A DNA stretch of 64,000 bases, counting the filler, from Stramenopiles sp. TOSAG23-3 (lineage: Eukaryota), in the NCBI GenBank assembly GCA_900128585.1. It is 4 parts of 4 records of this genome, joined end to end, with 100 filler letters (N's around TTAATTAATTAA, not from the genome) between each part and the next. Parts side by side here need not be neighbours in the genome. Positions count along the whole stretch, not along the records: positions 49,996 to 64,000 come from LT642595.1; 3 more parts are not named here. One strand, 5' to 3'. A program made the position numbers and the translations under genes. The notes below the pieces were generated by a model, which saw only the letters and a program-made list of their open reading frames with translations, was not told where the DNA came from and did not search any database. This document shows, in pieces, positions 51,930-63,998 of the stretch. Each line of letters begins with the position of its first letter. Position 1 is the first letter of the stretch.

Positions 51930-53777
51930 TTATCGTGCAGCCAACACCTTCCTCCTTCGAGCCATGCCGGGGCGACATTTTCTCACAGCGACGTTCAACA
52001 GGATGGCACCGAGCAGAAGCCAAGGAACCAGATTCATGAAGGCATTCGTCTCGCACCCTTTGAAACGCAAACCGCTTGCAGAGGGACGCAGCATCGCCGG
52101 TGTTCGCCCAGCCGGCTCTCCTTGGTACACCGGGCAGAAATTTGGTAGAATAGAGGACATTTGGACAGCGTACATTTGTTGAAGAACTTTGCATTGGAAC
52201 CGGGCCAGTCGATTTCGTGCAATAGACTTAAAAACTGATCGCGTTTTCGAAGACCACAGCCGCTCTGCCACGGCAGGCAACCTTGAAAATATGGTTTGGT
52301 CTATGCCACGCTCATTGTGCTGTTCTGTCCACAAGCACGCTTCACCTCCCATGGATAACGGACCGTCGTCGTCAATAGTTTGGTGGTACATGCTTGCCCA
52401 CGACTGGGCCAAATCGTCCAAGTACCACTTGGAACTGGTGATTGTTGGGATGCCGTGGGAGTGCGCCGTTTCAATGGCCTTCTTCTCCCACGTTCGCCAC
52501 CATTGCACCACCACCTTGCCGCGCGAACGTGGGCTCATGCCCACAATGCTTTGCAACGCGTCATCCCACAAGACCGCAGTCTTGTTTCGAGCCGAGACCA
52601 TGCCGAGCACCCGTTCTGTAAAAATGCCTTGCAACCTCGAGTGCCACGGAGAACCAGACGACGCAGAGTGCTTCTTCATCCAGGATCGAATCTTCGGGTC
52701 GGTTTCCCAACATTCGGCACTGACTTCATCCCCGCCGATATGTATGTATTCGTCTGGGAAAAGGCCCATGATGTTGTCCAGCAGTATGTGGACAAAACGG
52801 TACACGTCCTCGTTTAGAGGGTGCAGCGCGACCTTGTTGATACCAAACTCTACACCACGATCGTCGCCTGTAACAACCTCCGGGCACTGGACCAGAAGGT
52901 GTCTCGGCCAGCTCGCGGTATGGCCCGGCATGTCTATCTCGGGAACAACCCGTATGGAACGGTCAAACGCGTACTCCACAACCTTCCGGATGGCGGCGCG
53001 GTCGTACGTCGCACTCGGAGAGTACGCTGCGAAGCCCCCGTCTTTCTCGTCGTAGGAGTATGAAAAGCTGTGTGCGTCCGACAAATGCCAATGGAAAACG
53101 TTCAATTTCATGCTTTGCATGGCATCTATAATGTGCAATATCTTCTTCACTGAAATAAAGTGGCGGGCCGTGTCTAGCATAAACCCCCGCCATTTGAACC
53201 GCGGGTAATCCGACAGGGCTATCGGTAAACCTGGGACCAATAAGGAAGTTCCGTCCCATACAAAGATTTGCTCCAACGTCGACAAGATGCGGTTTATGGC
53301 AAACATGGAAGATGCCGTCGCGTCCACGTGCATCGTGTTGTTCCCTGCGTGTATGTTCAATGCGTAGGATTCATCGACACGGTGGTTCAGCGACTGAAAT
53401 TTCCTGCCCTTGTTCCCTGAAAATACTTCGAAATCTTTGCTTGTCAAGCGCACGTGCAGGAAAACGCTGTCCAATGGATGCAACCGCGGGTCCGGTTGCC
53501 TGGCGTCATGCGCAAAATCGTACGAAGAGGTTTCACGGCGTCGAATAGAACGCATGACCCGCCCTGCCATCCGCCGAAAACTACGGTCTATGTAGTCGAC
53601 ACAATCTGCGCTACAGCCGGATATATGCCGATCTAATTGAAACACACCTGTACCCGTGGCCTGCAGCACACCCATACCGGAAGCTGGCGACCGCAATTTT
53701 CCCGACGGTTTTGGCCAAATTGCATTTAATCTCAACGCGCGGTTCGTTTGGACATGTTCGGGAACGATTGCTTTCAT
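51930..53777 (-). CDS. Beta-hexosaminidase (GH20) with C-terminal membrane anchor
   Basis: DYPRFKWRGFMLDTARHF, KLNVFHWHLSDAHSF, VVPEIDMPGH, IHIGGDEV, GGEACLWTE, AVAERLWS; C-terminal LVPWLLLGAILLNVAV. 5' end uncertain. Confidence 0.95.
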   Translation of the reverse strand: MKAIVPEHVQTNRALRLNAIWPKPSGKLRSPASGMGVLQATGTGVFQLDRHISGCSADCVDYIDRSFRRMAGRVMRSIRRRETSSYDFAHDARQPDPRLHPLDSVFLHVRLTSKDFEVFSGNKGRKFQSLNHRVDESYALNIHAGNNTMHVDATASSMFAINRILSTLEQIFVWDGTSLLVPGLPIALSDYPRFKWRGFMLDTARHFISVKKILHIIDAMQSMKLNVFHWHLSDAHSFSYSYDEKDGGFAAYSPSATYDRAAIRKVVEYAFDRSIRVVPEIDMPGHTASWPRHLLVQCPEVVTGDDRGVEFGINKVALHPLNEDVYRFVHILLDNIMGLFPDEYIHIGGDEVSAECWETDPKIRSWMKKHSASSGSPWHSRLQGIFTERVLGMVSARNKTAVLWDDALQSIVGMSPRSRGKVVVQWWRTWEKKAIETAHSHGIPTITSSKWYLDDLAQSWASMYHQTIDDDGPLSMGGEACLWTEQHNERGIDQTIFSRLPAVAERLWSSKTRSVFKSIARNRLARFQCKVLQQMYAVQMSSILPNFCPVYQGEPAGRTPAMLRPSASGLRFKGCETNAFMNLVPWLLLGAILLNVAVRKCRPGMARRRKVLAAR

Positions 53778-54059
53778 CGTTCACGCGAGAGCAGGTGTGC
53801 TCCGCCCCATGAAACACGTCGGGGCTAACAGGAGAAAACAAAAAGGGGTATGATTTATCAATTCAAATATAAACATAGACGAAGAAATGAAGCAGACCGA
53901 AAGTGTTATTATTATTTGTGGAGTGGAGTGGGGTGGTGTGTGTCGTGGAAGAATTCGGAGGAGGAGGGGGGGCAAGCTAACTAATAATCCATCAATCATT
54001 AATAATCCATCAATCATAATATATATTTTAATTATATTATTAAACTACTTTTTTTGAAA

Positions 54060-54362
54060 GAAGAAGAAGGAAGAAAAAAAAAGTCAAAGAATCGTTCACT
54101 AACAAGTGTTTGCTGTGACTGTGACTAATTAAAAGTAATAATAAGTTGAAAGAATTGTTAACAAAAGAAGAAGAAAAAAGTCAAAGAATCGTTAACAAGT
54201 GTTTGCTGTGACTGTGTGACTTTGTTAATTAAAAGTAATAAGTTGAAAGAATTGTTAACAAATGTATGATGCTGTGACTATGTTAATTATAAATAAATTA
54301 TTACTTTTTTAGAAAAAAAAAAAAGAATTGTTAACACATGCATCTATGATGCTGTGACTATA
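54060..54362 (+). repeat. Degenerate ~100-bp tandem duplication in intergenic DNA
   Basis: aaaagtcaaagaatcgtt..aacaagtgtttgctgtgactgtg..taattaaaagtaata..agttgaaagaattgttaaca occurs twice, then aattgttaaca..tatgatgctgtgactat twice. Confidence 0.85.
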
Positions 54363-55149
54363 TTATATAAAAAGAGTTAAAGTTGACTTGACCTATTTCT
54401 TAACTTCAAAAAAGCGAAAGAAGAGCCAAGCGCCAAGCCAAGATGCCAAGATGCCAAGATGCCAAGATTTGAGATTTGAGAGAGAGGGGGGCGCGTGGAG
54501 GAAGGAGTACATAACTGAATTGAATATAAATTATATGTAAGATACATTAAAGTATATAGAATACATTGAAGATGTTATTATAGATTTCATTAATGGAAGC
54601 TTCGAAGTAAATTTAAAACATTGTTTACATGGACATTTCAAATGTATTAACATTTAGGATTACGACTTCTTAATAAAATGAATTATTTAAATATTTAAGT
54701 ACGTTATTGCATAGATTAAGATATCCTATCAAATGAAGGATGAAAAAATGCAGGTACGCGAAGATCGGAATTTAAAATATTACATACATGAATAAATTTA
54801 TATTATAATATTAAATAGTATTAGTATATTTGTGTAAATGTATGTAATCAACGATTAAAATAGTCATTAACAAAAAACGACAAAAAAAAAAGAAACAATC
54901 TCCATTATTACATTTCCATTTCGATTTACGTACGCATGTACCTGTTCCTTTCTTTCGTTTTCTCCCCCTTCCTTTCTCCACCACATCGCTTTTCTCCTAC
55001 ATAAACACGGATTGTCGTTGTTCCTTTGATTTCTGCCCTGGAGTCCGTTCTTATTGGACGTTCGAGCGGTACGGTACGTTACGATACGACGGTAGCGACC
55101 GAAGACCTTGGATATTTTGTACTGGCGGGGAATTTTTCGCAATTCTGCA

Positions 55150-56518
55150 ATGTCGTCGTCTGCTCGGGTATCTCGTCGGCAGAGACGAAGTGCGAGGGCA
55201 TCGACGCCCGGTATCTCAGATCGTCTCCGTCGAAAGAGGCGCCAGGCCCGGCCCGAGGACGAGTCGTCGGGCACGTCGCGGCCGCCACGGTCTCGATCAC
55301 GCCGGAGTGGAAGGAGCAGGACGAGCAGCAGAGGGAGTCGTAGCAGCAGTCGCAGCACCAGCATCAACGGCAGCAGGGCGAATGGCAGCAGAAGGGAAAT
55401 GAGGCCCCCGAGCCCGGCGAACGAGGCTGGTGGACAAGTTAGCAATGGCGGTGCCGCGGTCGCCGCGTTATCCCCGAGGGAGAGCCGCGAGTCGCCCGCG
55501 TCCTCAGAGTCCCGACGAAGTGCGCCGTTTGATTTTTACCAGTATTTCTTGTCCCCGTATAGCTCGCTGCGGTACCTGCTGTCTGTGTCCATAGGAAGCG
55601 TCGTCTTTGCCTTCATCAACTTCTTCGGGGTCATGTATTTGATAGGAAGGCATTGGGAGGAGGAGGGCGGCATCACGTTCCTCAATTTCGTGGGGTTTCT
55701 GTGGCGCAGTGACTACAAGGTTCTCGGGTGGTGGCTTCTCCTGATTTTTTCGATCCAAATCCTTCAGTTTTTTCACCGAATCAAGATGATGTTCGTGCTT
55801 TCGAACTCCCTGCACGTGCTGAACCCGTCGCCGCGCGACGAGGAGGAGGTGTACGCCTCTCGCTTGCGAAACATCATGTACGACCCGTACATGCGGTTTT
55901 TGAAAAACATTGGGACCCCGATGATGGTGTTTCACCTGGCGGGGTTCATACTCTTCGTGGCGCTGGGCGTGAGCCATTGGAAAACGTTCCAGCTGGACGA
56001 CATCCACCTTTTCCATTTGGTGGGCTGGCAACTGATCATCGTCTGCACCCGCTTGATGTACGTCGTCTTCACGTTTCAATCGTACGTCGTATCGCCAGGG
56101 CTCGGGGGGGGGGGCGCGGAACATCCTAGGGAACGAAATGCACGGCGCGGTGATGCCCACGGGCCTCCTGCCGCAGGAGGTCGATGCCATGGAAACGAGC
56201 ACGTACTTTGAGTTCGTCGCTGCGATGAACGACGCGATGAATACGAGGGGCTGCCACAACAACCCTGAGGCGTCCGACACACAAAAGCTGCGGTCGGAGA
56301 AAATGGGAAAGGGGCGAATCCCAGCCAACTGCTCCATTTGCCTCGAACCGTACAAGCTTAAGTCCAACGTTACCATGCTGCATTGCTCGCCCATGCACAT
56401 TTTTCACTCGTCTTGCGTAAGACGGTGGTTTCTTCAGTCGGATAAATGCCCGCTGTGCAACACACGTTTGGGGACCTCCCCCACGCCGCGAAGGACCCCG
56501 AACACTCCGGTGTCTTAG
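55150..56518 (+). CDS. Multi-pass membrane RING-H2 E3 ubiquitin ligase; apparent +1 frameshift in G11 run 56104-56114
   Basis: About four TM segments in ORF 55108..56211; CSICLEPY...LHCSPMHIFHSSCVRRWF...CPLC in ORF 56138..56518; the frames join at the G run. Confidence 0.85.
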
Positions 56519-56776
56519 GGAGTCCTTTGAAGAACAAAATTATGGGTCTCAAAATCAAACTTGGGTGCGTGCCAAAATGAACCCTGAGGTGTTCGCGGTG
56601 TATGTTAGTTCTTTTACAAGTAATAGCAGTAGTAAGAAGTAAGTTCTTAAGGTTACCGTACACATATTTTGCTTTTGAAGTCGTAAGACTCTTAACTTTT
56701 ATTTCTCGTCTCGTACTTTGTAGCCGTGTGGTTTTGCTGCAAGAAATGGAAGCCCCCCTCCCCCGCACATGATTTA

Positions 56777-57613
56777 TCACGACCTTCTTCGGAGTTGGCT
56801 CTCCAAATCATGGACCGAGATCTTTAAATCCTGGACCTGCTTCTCAAACGACGCTTTCATAACGGCCATCTCCTCTTTCATAAACTCAATCGCATCGTCC
56901 TCGTCGCCGGAGTCTTGGGTTTTGCCCCTGCCGGAGGCCTCGTTCACCTGCAATCGGGCGTCGTTCAAGTCCTCCCTCAGCGCTTTCAACTGTTTGTCCT
57001 TGATTTTGATTTCCCTCCAGGCGTTGTCCGTTGCCGACTGCTGCGACTCGTATTTTGCTCTGTACGATTCAAGGGAATTCATACTTTCGTCCAGCCGCTC
57101 CCTTGTCTGCTGGAGACGGCTTTCCCTTTGGTCTAATAAGTGTCGGCAGGTGCCCAATTCCTTCTCTAGGTTAAGCACCTTGTGCCGAAGCGCCGTCGTC
57201 TCGGGGGTTTCCCGGGACGTCCACTGCTGGTACTCCGTCTCGTGGTCCATGCGAATGGCCTGGAGCTCCTCGGTAAACCGGTTTTCACTGTCCCGCAGCG
57301 CACTTTCCATCGCCCGAATCTTCACTTCCTGGAGTTTCTTCACCTCCCCAAGGGAACGCTCCGCCCTCACCCGGTTCGCCCGTTCTGCCTTTACCGTGGT
57401 TTCCAAGCTCTTTACTTGGTCGTTCAACTCCTTCAACTTGTCCAAAGTGGCCTGGCGGTCCATGCTTGCTTTCGAGTAGTTCGCTTTCGCCCGCTCGTTA
57501 AAGCGTTGGTGTGCATTGACGGTAGAAGACAACCGGTGCACTTCGTTCGAGAGCGTCACGTTCTCGTCCTGCAAGCGCGCAGCTTCAATGTTACGCCTCG
57601 CCAGCCCCGCCAT
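56777..57613 (-). CDS. Coiled-coil hypothetical protein
   Basis: Continuous heptad E/K/R/L-rich ORF; first ATG at 57613. Confidence 0.75.
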   Translation of the reverse strand: MAGLARRNIEAARLQDENVTLSNEVHRLSSTVNAHQRFNERAKANYSKASMDRQATLDKLKELNDQVKSLETTVKAERANRVRAERSLGEVKKLQEVKIRAMESALRDSENRFTEELQAIRMDHETEYQQWTSRETPETTALRHKVLNLEKELGTCRHLLDQRESRLQQTRERLDESMNSLESYRAKYESQQSATDNAWREIKIKDKQLKALREDLNDARLQVNEASGRGKTQDSGDEDDAIEFMKEEMAVMKASFEKQVQDLKISVHDLESQLRRRS

Positions 57614-58064
57614 GTTTCTAACTATCGAAAGTATACGGTGCAAGCACCCCCTCTTGTTGAGTATTACCCCTTCCCCACCCACGGTTTCCTAACGTTTACC
57701 ACGCGACGAGAAACCCCTACTTAAATGCCCCCCGCGCTTTCAATCATAACAAGAGGGAAAAAATAATTTCGAATATTTTGTGCGTGTTCATATACATATA
57801 AATTTATCTATCACGACTGTGAAAATGTAAAGATAGAAAAAAAAAAGTATATTATTATTTAATACTTACAGTATTATTTCTTCTTCTATTATCTCCTCCA
57901 CCAAAAATATAAATATTTTTAATAAAAAAAAAAAATTTTTTTAAATTATTACCATCGTATTATCATCATCATACAATATTTATTTTTATTATAATAATTA
58001 TACCTCTTCTTTTTTTCTTCTTTTTTTCTTCTTTTTTTTAATATTTTATTAATAAAAAATAAAA

Positions 58065-58230
58065 AAGCTCTTCTTCTTCTTGTTTCTTTCTTGTTTCTTT
58101 CTTGTTTCTTTCTTCTTTTTTTATCTTCTTTTTCTTCTTTTTCTTCTTCTTCTTCTTCTTCTTCTTCTTCTTCTTCTTTTCTTCTTCTTTCTTCTTCTTC
58201 TTCTTCTTCTTCTTCTTCTTCTTTCTTCTT
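58065..58230 (+). repeat. (TTC)n-rich microsatellite tract
   Basis: Direct reading. Confidence 0.9.
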
Positions 58231-58906
58231 CGATAATCTCAAACACAAAACAAAACAAACAATAGCAAATAGCAACCAATCTACTAATAAAAATAATAAT
58301 AATAAAATTCAACTCTCCTCTTTCTTCTTTCTTCTCTTTTTTCTTCTATAATTCTATAATAATATTTAATTCTTTCTCTATCCTTCTCTCCCTCTCTCCC
58401 TCTCTTCAGATCTTCTTCTCTTCGGAAGAACGTTAATGAAAGGGGGATGCATTGTTAGGATATTTTACATACTATTTACCTGCTGTTTTGTATTATTTAT
58501 TTATAATAATAATAATAGTGTCTATTATTATATTATGAGTATTATTCCCCTACTAATAATACTACGGTAATAAAGGAGAAGAAGGAGTATGAAAAAATAA
58601 TATTATTATTATTAAAAATAAAACAACAACAACTGAAACTACCGAACTATATATAACTACAATGGAACAACCTTCTTTTTTTTCTTCTGTTGAACAAAAA
58701 AAAGAAGAACTATTATTACATATATTGGTTCTCGCGTTTCAAAAGACAATGTATGTAATTGTGAAAGATGAAATGGTTTTCACTGATTTACGCACGAATC
58801 TGTCCATTCATTAAAAAAGGTTTCTTTCTCTCTCTCTCTCTCTATATATATATACATATATCTTGTATTATCTTTGAAACGAACTGTACAACATATATAG
58901 CCAGCA

Positions 58907-61900
58907 ATGCCGAAACATAATAGCTCGTCGACAAAGAAGGACAACGTGTCCGTCGTGCTTCGTTGCCGGCCACAGAACAGGCGGGAGTTGCGAGGGAAGG
59001 ACCCCGTGATTGTCAGCTGCAACTCTAACAATGATAGCGTTATGATCCAGACCGTCGAAAGAAACACCAAACAGACAAAGAAATTTAACTTTGACAAAGT
59101 ATTCGGACAGTACAGCACGCAGAAGGAAGTGTACCAGACCGTGGTGGCGCCCGTGGTCCACGAAGTGCTGGAAGGGTTCAACTGCACCGTCTTTGCGTAC
59201 GGTCAGACGGGCACAGGGAAAACGCACACCATGGAAGGGGATTTAAAGAACCAAGAAATGAAGGGAATAATCCCTCGCGCCGTCGAGCACATTTTTGAAA
59301 CCTTGAATACGTTGACCAAAGACATGGAGTACAGCGTAAAAATTTCATTCCTTGAGCTGTACAACGAGCAGCTGGACGACTTGCTGGTGGCCTCGGAGAC
59401 GAAGCACGCCCCAGAGCTGCGCCTCTGCGAGGACAAAAAAGCGCGGGGTCCTCGTGCAGAACTTGGAAAACGTTCTCGTGAACGACCCGAAGGACATTTA
59501 CGAAAAGCTGGAAGAGGCTTTGCAAAAGCGAAAGGTCAGCGAGACAAAAATGAACAAGCAAAGCTCTCGGTCCCACACTATTTTCACGATGATGATTCAC
59601 ATCAAAGAGACGACCCCGGAGGGGGAAGATCTGCTCAAGGTCGGGAAACTCAACCTGGTCGATCTGGCAGGTTCGGAGTGCGTCGGGCGCTCCGGGGCCA
59701 CGGGGGACCGCAAACGCGAGGCGGGAAACATAAACCAGTCACTGCTGACCCTTGGCCGAGTCATTTCCGCCCTGGTGGAAAAGCGGGGTCACATCCCGTA
59801 CCGTGACAGCAAGCTAACCCGCCTGCTCCAGGAAAGCCTGGGTGGCAAAGCAAAGACCACCATCATTGCGACGATTTCCCCGTCGGGGGACGCCAGCGAC
59901 GAGACCTTGTCGACGCTCAGCTACGCAAGCCGCGCAAAGAGCATAGAAAATCGTCCGGAAATCAACCAGCGCATGACCAAAAAGACTCTGATCAAAGAGT
60001 ACAGCGTTGAGATAACCCGGATCAAGGAAGAGCTGAAGGCCGCCCGGGAGAAGAACGGCGTCTTTCTGCCAAAAGATAGGTACGACGAAATGATCAGCGA
60101 GATCGAGACGAAGGGGCACTCGATCGCGGAGCTGGAGGCCGCACTTGAACGCCGTCAGGCAGAATTCAAGGAAATCCAGGAAAAGTTTGGGATCACAAAG
60201 CACGAGTTGGAGGAGACAAAAGGGGAGTTGCTGAGCACTCAAAACGAACTCAAGGACACAACGCTCGTCCTGGACGACCGGGAGGCCGTGTTTGGGAAGT
60301 TGTCGGTCGAGGCGACGGCTGCGGTAACGACCGGGGAGGAGGCCGTCTCCGACGTGTCGCAACTGCACGAAAAAGTAGCCCGCAAAGCTGCGGTTGTGGA
60401 TTCAAACCGCAACAGAACGACAGAGTTTGTGCGCACGGTCCAGGCAAGCGTGGAAAAGATTCAGTCCAGCTGCACTGAAGCCTCGAAAAAGGACCTAGAG
60501 AATGACCAGATTGTAATGGACAAACTGAAAACCCTCGAGGCTTCCTCAAACGAGTACTCCAAAGCGCTGCACGACAAGCTGGGGGCACTTGAGGGAAAGT
60601 TTCAGGATTTTAACGTTGCATTTAACGACCGTGCAACTTCACGAAGCGAGGCTTTCTTCAAGAGCCAGGATGAAGCCCAAAGGTTGGTTCTGGAGGCCGT
60701 CGAGTCCATCCGGGCCCTCGTCAAGGAACGCGATGATCGCAGTGCCGACTTGATCACGGAGCAGAAAGATGCGATTGGCGCGTCGATGAAGCACCGTAGC
60801 GATTACTTCAGCTCAATGTTCCAGCCCTCCCTCGAAGCAATGCAAAAATCTGTTGACGCGTTTTCGGTAGAGATAGTTTCCAAGATGGAGTCCACTTTTG
60901 CCGCGAACAATCAGCACGTAGAGTGTGTCGAGGAAACGATTGGATCGTTTTCCGAACAGGCCAAGAGTGCATCCGATGAATTCAAAGCAGAGCAAACGAA
61001 GCGGTTCCAGGAGCACAAGGAAAACGAGGAAAAGGAACGTGCGGCAATGATGAAAAAAATGCAAGCCATGTTTTTAGATTTTAGCAGCAAGCAAACTGAT
61101 CGTTTTCAGAATTTCATGGAACACGCCCAAAAGCACGAAGAGGTCGTGGTCCAGGACATCGACGGCATGCTGGCCACGCACAAAGCGTCTACAGAAACCA
61201 TGAAGTCCGAGGCTGGGGCGAACAAGAAGGTTATGGAAAATGCCGTCAAAGCATTTTCCGACGCCACCGCCAAGAATTTTACCTCCTTCAAAGAGAGTGC
61301 CGACGAGTACCAAAAGGGTGCCAGCGATTCTGAAAATGCAATGGTTGCCGCGTTCGATTCTTTTTCCAAGGAAAACGTCAACATGATGAAGACGTTCGGC
61401 GAGAGCGTCCAATCCTTTCACACCACTGTCGAGACGGAAACAGGCACTGCAAAAAAGGAGGCAATCGCGTTTCACGAGGGGAGCGTTGAAATGGTAAAGG
61501 AGCACGGTGATAGTATGGTTTCGGACGATCTTGCATATATCAAGACGTCCATTACAGACGGGACCGAGTTTCAAGCGACTTGGGGCACGGAGACGACTGC
61601 ACACGTTGAAGCGGCAATGGTGGCAAAGAGGTCAAGCGAAGAAGAACTTGTCTCAATATCTACTGTCGCGAAAGAGGCCTCCGAGGCGTTTGAGAAATCA
61701 CTTGAAACAGACATTGCGACCGGGCGAACCCCGCAAAAGAAAGAGTACATCATTCCCAAACAATTGGCCTCTCTGAATCCCAGAGACATTGTGCTGCAAA
61801 ATTTGAAGCGCTCTCTCAACGTCTCTGAAGGGGGCGACGAATTGCCATTGGCTGAATCCCCGACGGCCTCCCCAAAGAGCACAGTAGCCAGTAGTACGGA

Positions 61901-62339
61901 GGAAGACTCGCCCAAACCGGAGGATGCCCCCAAAGCGGACGAGAAGGCCGTGGAGAACTGTATAGAAAACAAGACGAACGAAACGAAGAAAGTTGATCTC
62001 GGTGCGGGCAACCCCCCAGCCCCGGAGGCAACCAAGCAGAAGCTTGCTGTTCCCGAGAACAAGGAAAACAAACCGACTACTAGGGTAGCGAAGAATGGGA
62101 GGAAACCGGCGGAGTTCGAAGCGAAGAAAGGGAGAAAATCGGCGGAGTTCGAAGCGAAGAAAGGGAGAAAATCGGCGGAGTTCGAAGCGAAGAAAGGAAG
62201 AAAATCGGCGGAGTTCGAAGCGAAGAAAGGGAGAAAATCAGCGGAGTTCGAGTCGAAGAAAAAGGTCGCGGCAAAGACTAGGTCCACCAGAAGCCGCATT
62301 CCAAGGAGTAGAAAGGCAGTTTTGTCTGACAAGAATTAG
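58907..62339 (+). CDS. Kinesin-5 (BimC/Eg5 family); apparent +1 frameshift in A6 run 59435-59440
   Basis: VVLRCRP, AYGQTGTGKTHTM, SSRSH, GKLNLVDLAGSE, HIPYRDSKLTRLLQESLGG, KTLIKEY..EI.R.K.EL.AAREKNGVFL, BimC box TGRTPQKKEY. Removing one A gives LCEDKKRGVLVQNLE. Confidence 0.95.
62091..62255 (+). repeat. 33-bp coding tandem repeat x5 (KKGRKSAEFEA) in kinesin-5 tail
   Basis: aagaaagggagaaaatcggcggagttcgaagcg repeated with few substitutions. Confidence 0.95.
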
Positions 62340-62615
62340 CAGGCGAACAATTCGAATCATTGTATTTAACAAAAAACTACTCTATCATTAGTTTTTTTTT
62401 TATCATAACAAAAAACAAAAATTTGGCTGTTATATAAAGTATCTTATGCGTATCATACGAAAATGCTTTACTCTTAAGATTTTACAGAGTTAAGCCACTT
62501 GATACATGTATTTAAAATCTTGGTTATTTTCATTTATGTATATGTACGAACGAATATTTATGGTACAATGATGCCTTCTTATTGCCTGCCATCTCCCGTC
62601 TGCTCCATGGTTTCT

Positions 62616-63375
62616 CTAATCCATGCCTTGCTTTTGACGTATGCCGGTCAACACCTTCTTCAAGTGCATCAGTGCATTGGCTTCTTTCCCCTGGCAATTC
62701 TCAGGTTTGTACGGGGCCTCAATGATCAGCTGCAGATCGGGCATGTGAATCATGTTTGTTGCCTCTCTCCATTCGCAGTTATATTGTTTTGCTAGAGTAT
62801 CGAAGAGGGCTTGGACCTGCGGGGTAACGCCTTCGCGAACTCGTTTGTCGGCCTGAACCGCGGCCTCCATTGCCTCGTTGAAGCGTTCCTGGGCGAGCTG
62901 TAGGTCCACCTCTGGCAAGTCGCCCAGCGGTTGGTTCGGCCCCTTCTCCAGAATTTTGATGTTTTCAATCGAAGACTGGTTGATAATCCTAATGTTCCTT
63001 TTAAGGGTGGTATACTCCCGGTTTTCGTCTGTTGCACGACGAAAAAGAAGGGTTAATCAGAAGAAAACGTTTGGTTAGGACATTGTCGAACGGGCGGACG
63101 GACGGGAGCGTGAAATCAGATTTGTGTAAAGGCCATTAATCAAGAGTTTATTGAGTAATCATAATGCTGGGACCATTGAATCATCATCTTTGAAAGGGTA
63201 GAAGAAGGGGTAAACATGTGGTGTACTTACGTATTATTAAAATGCCGGCGCTTGCATCAAACGCAAACACTCCCCCTTTGTATTCATCTCCAAGGACAGT
63301 CTTTACAGAGATTACACTCCCAGCAACGACTTCGTCCGGAGGAACGCCACCTAGGTTTCCCGTGTTTGAAGCCAT
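62616..63375 (-). CDS. LSM12: LSM12-like protein (LSM + anticodon-binding AD domain), two exons: 63375..63231 and 63028..62616, 185 aa
   Basis: Exon 1 GSVISVKTVLGDEYKGGVFAFDA; intron 63230..63029 GTAAGT...CTAAC...ACAG keeps frame (145+413=558 nt); exon 2 GVTPQVQALFDTLAKQYNCEW...IEAPYKPENC...LKKVL. Confidence 0.9.
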
Positions 63376-63922
63376 ATGGAAATCGAATCCCAACAAACAA
63401 ATGCACAAACTCGCACAAGCGGAAACAATAGCGCGCAAGCCCTGTATTCCTTCTATTTACGTTTTTTAGTCCGTATCTATTATCTAATATAAATTGTTAT
63501 AACTAATTGTTATAACTAATTATATATAAATAATAAAAAAAGTTAACAAACAAAAGAGAAGAAGAAAGCTTGATAGAAGAAGATTTTTTTATTTTTTTAT
63601 TTTATGATGATGAATGAGAAGATGATGATTGATGAAGATGATAGAAGAAGAAAAAAAGAAAAGGCTGCAACAACACAACGCCGGTTGGACGATTGACCAC
63701 AATACCACAATCAGAATCATCAGCAGCAAGCCTCCTCTTCTTCCATTTCTATTAAATACTAATTAATAATAGTCGTTCTATACTGTATTTATGTTATTAT
63801 ATTATACGAATACTAAATAGCATAATGAAATCAAGTTGATACATATTATCACACACTACATTACAATATCGGTAATAATTAAGTAATCCCTCCTTTCTTG
63901 TTTTTGTCAACCACAAACCAAC

Positions 63923-63998
<76 letters not shown>

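Noticed and set aside
54425-54480. (GCCAAGAT)n short repeats as a regulatory array
   Set aside because: Only 3-5 degenerate units and seen once; consistent with slippage.
57949-58351. Poly-E/K/R/S/L ORFs (also 49944..50153, 9637..9909, 2504..2770)
   Set aside because: Translations of microsatellites and AT-rich spacer DNA.
62091-62255. CRISPR-like array
   Set aside because: Head-to-tail 33-bp units with no unique spacers, in frame within a eukaryotic kinesin, and no cas genes.
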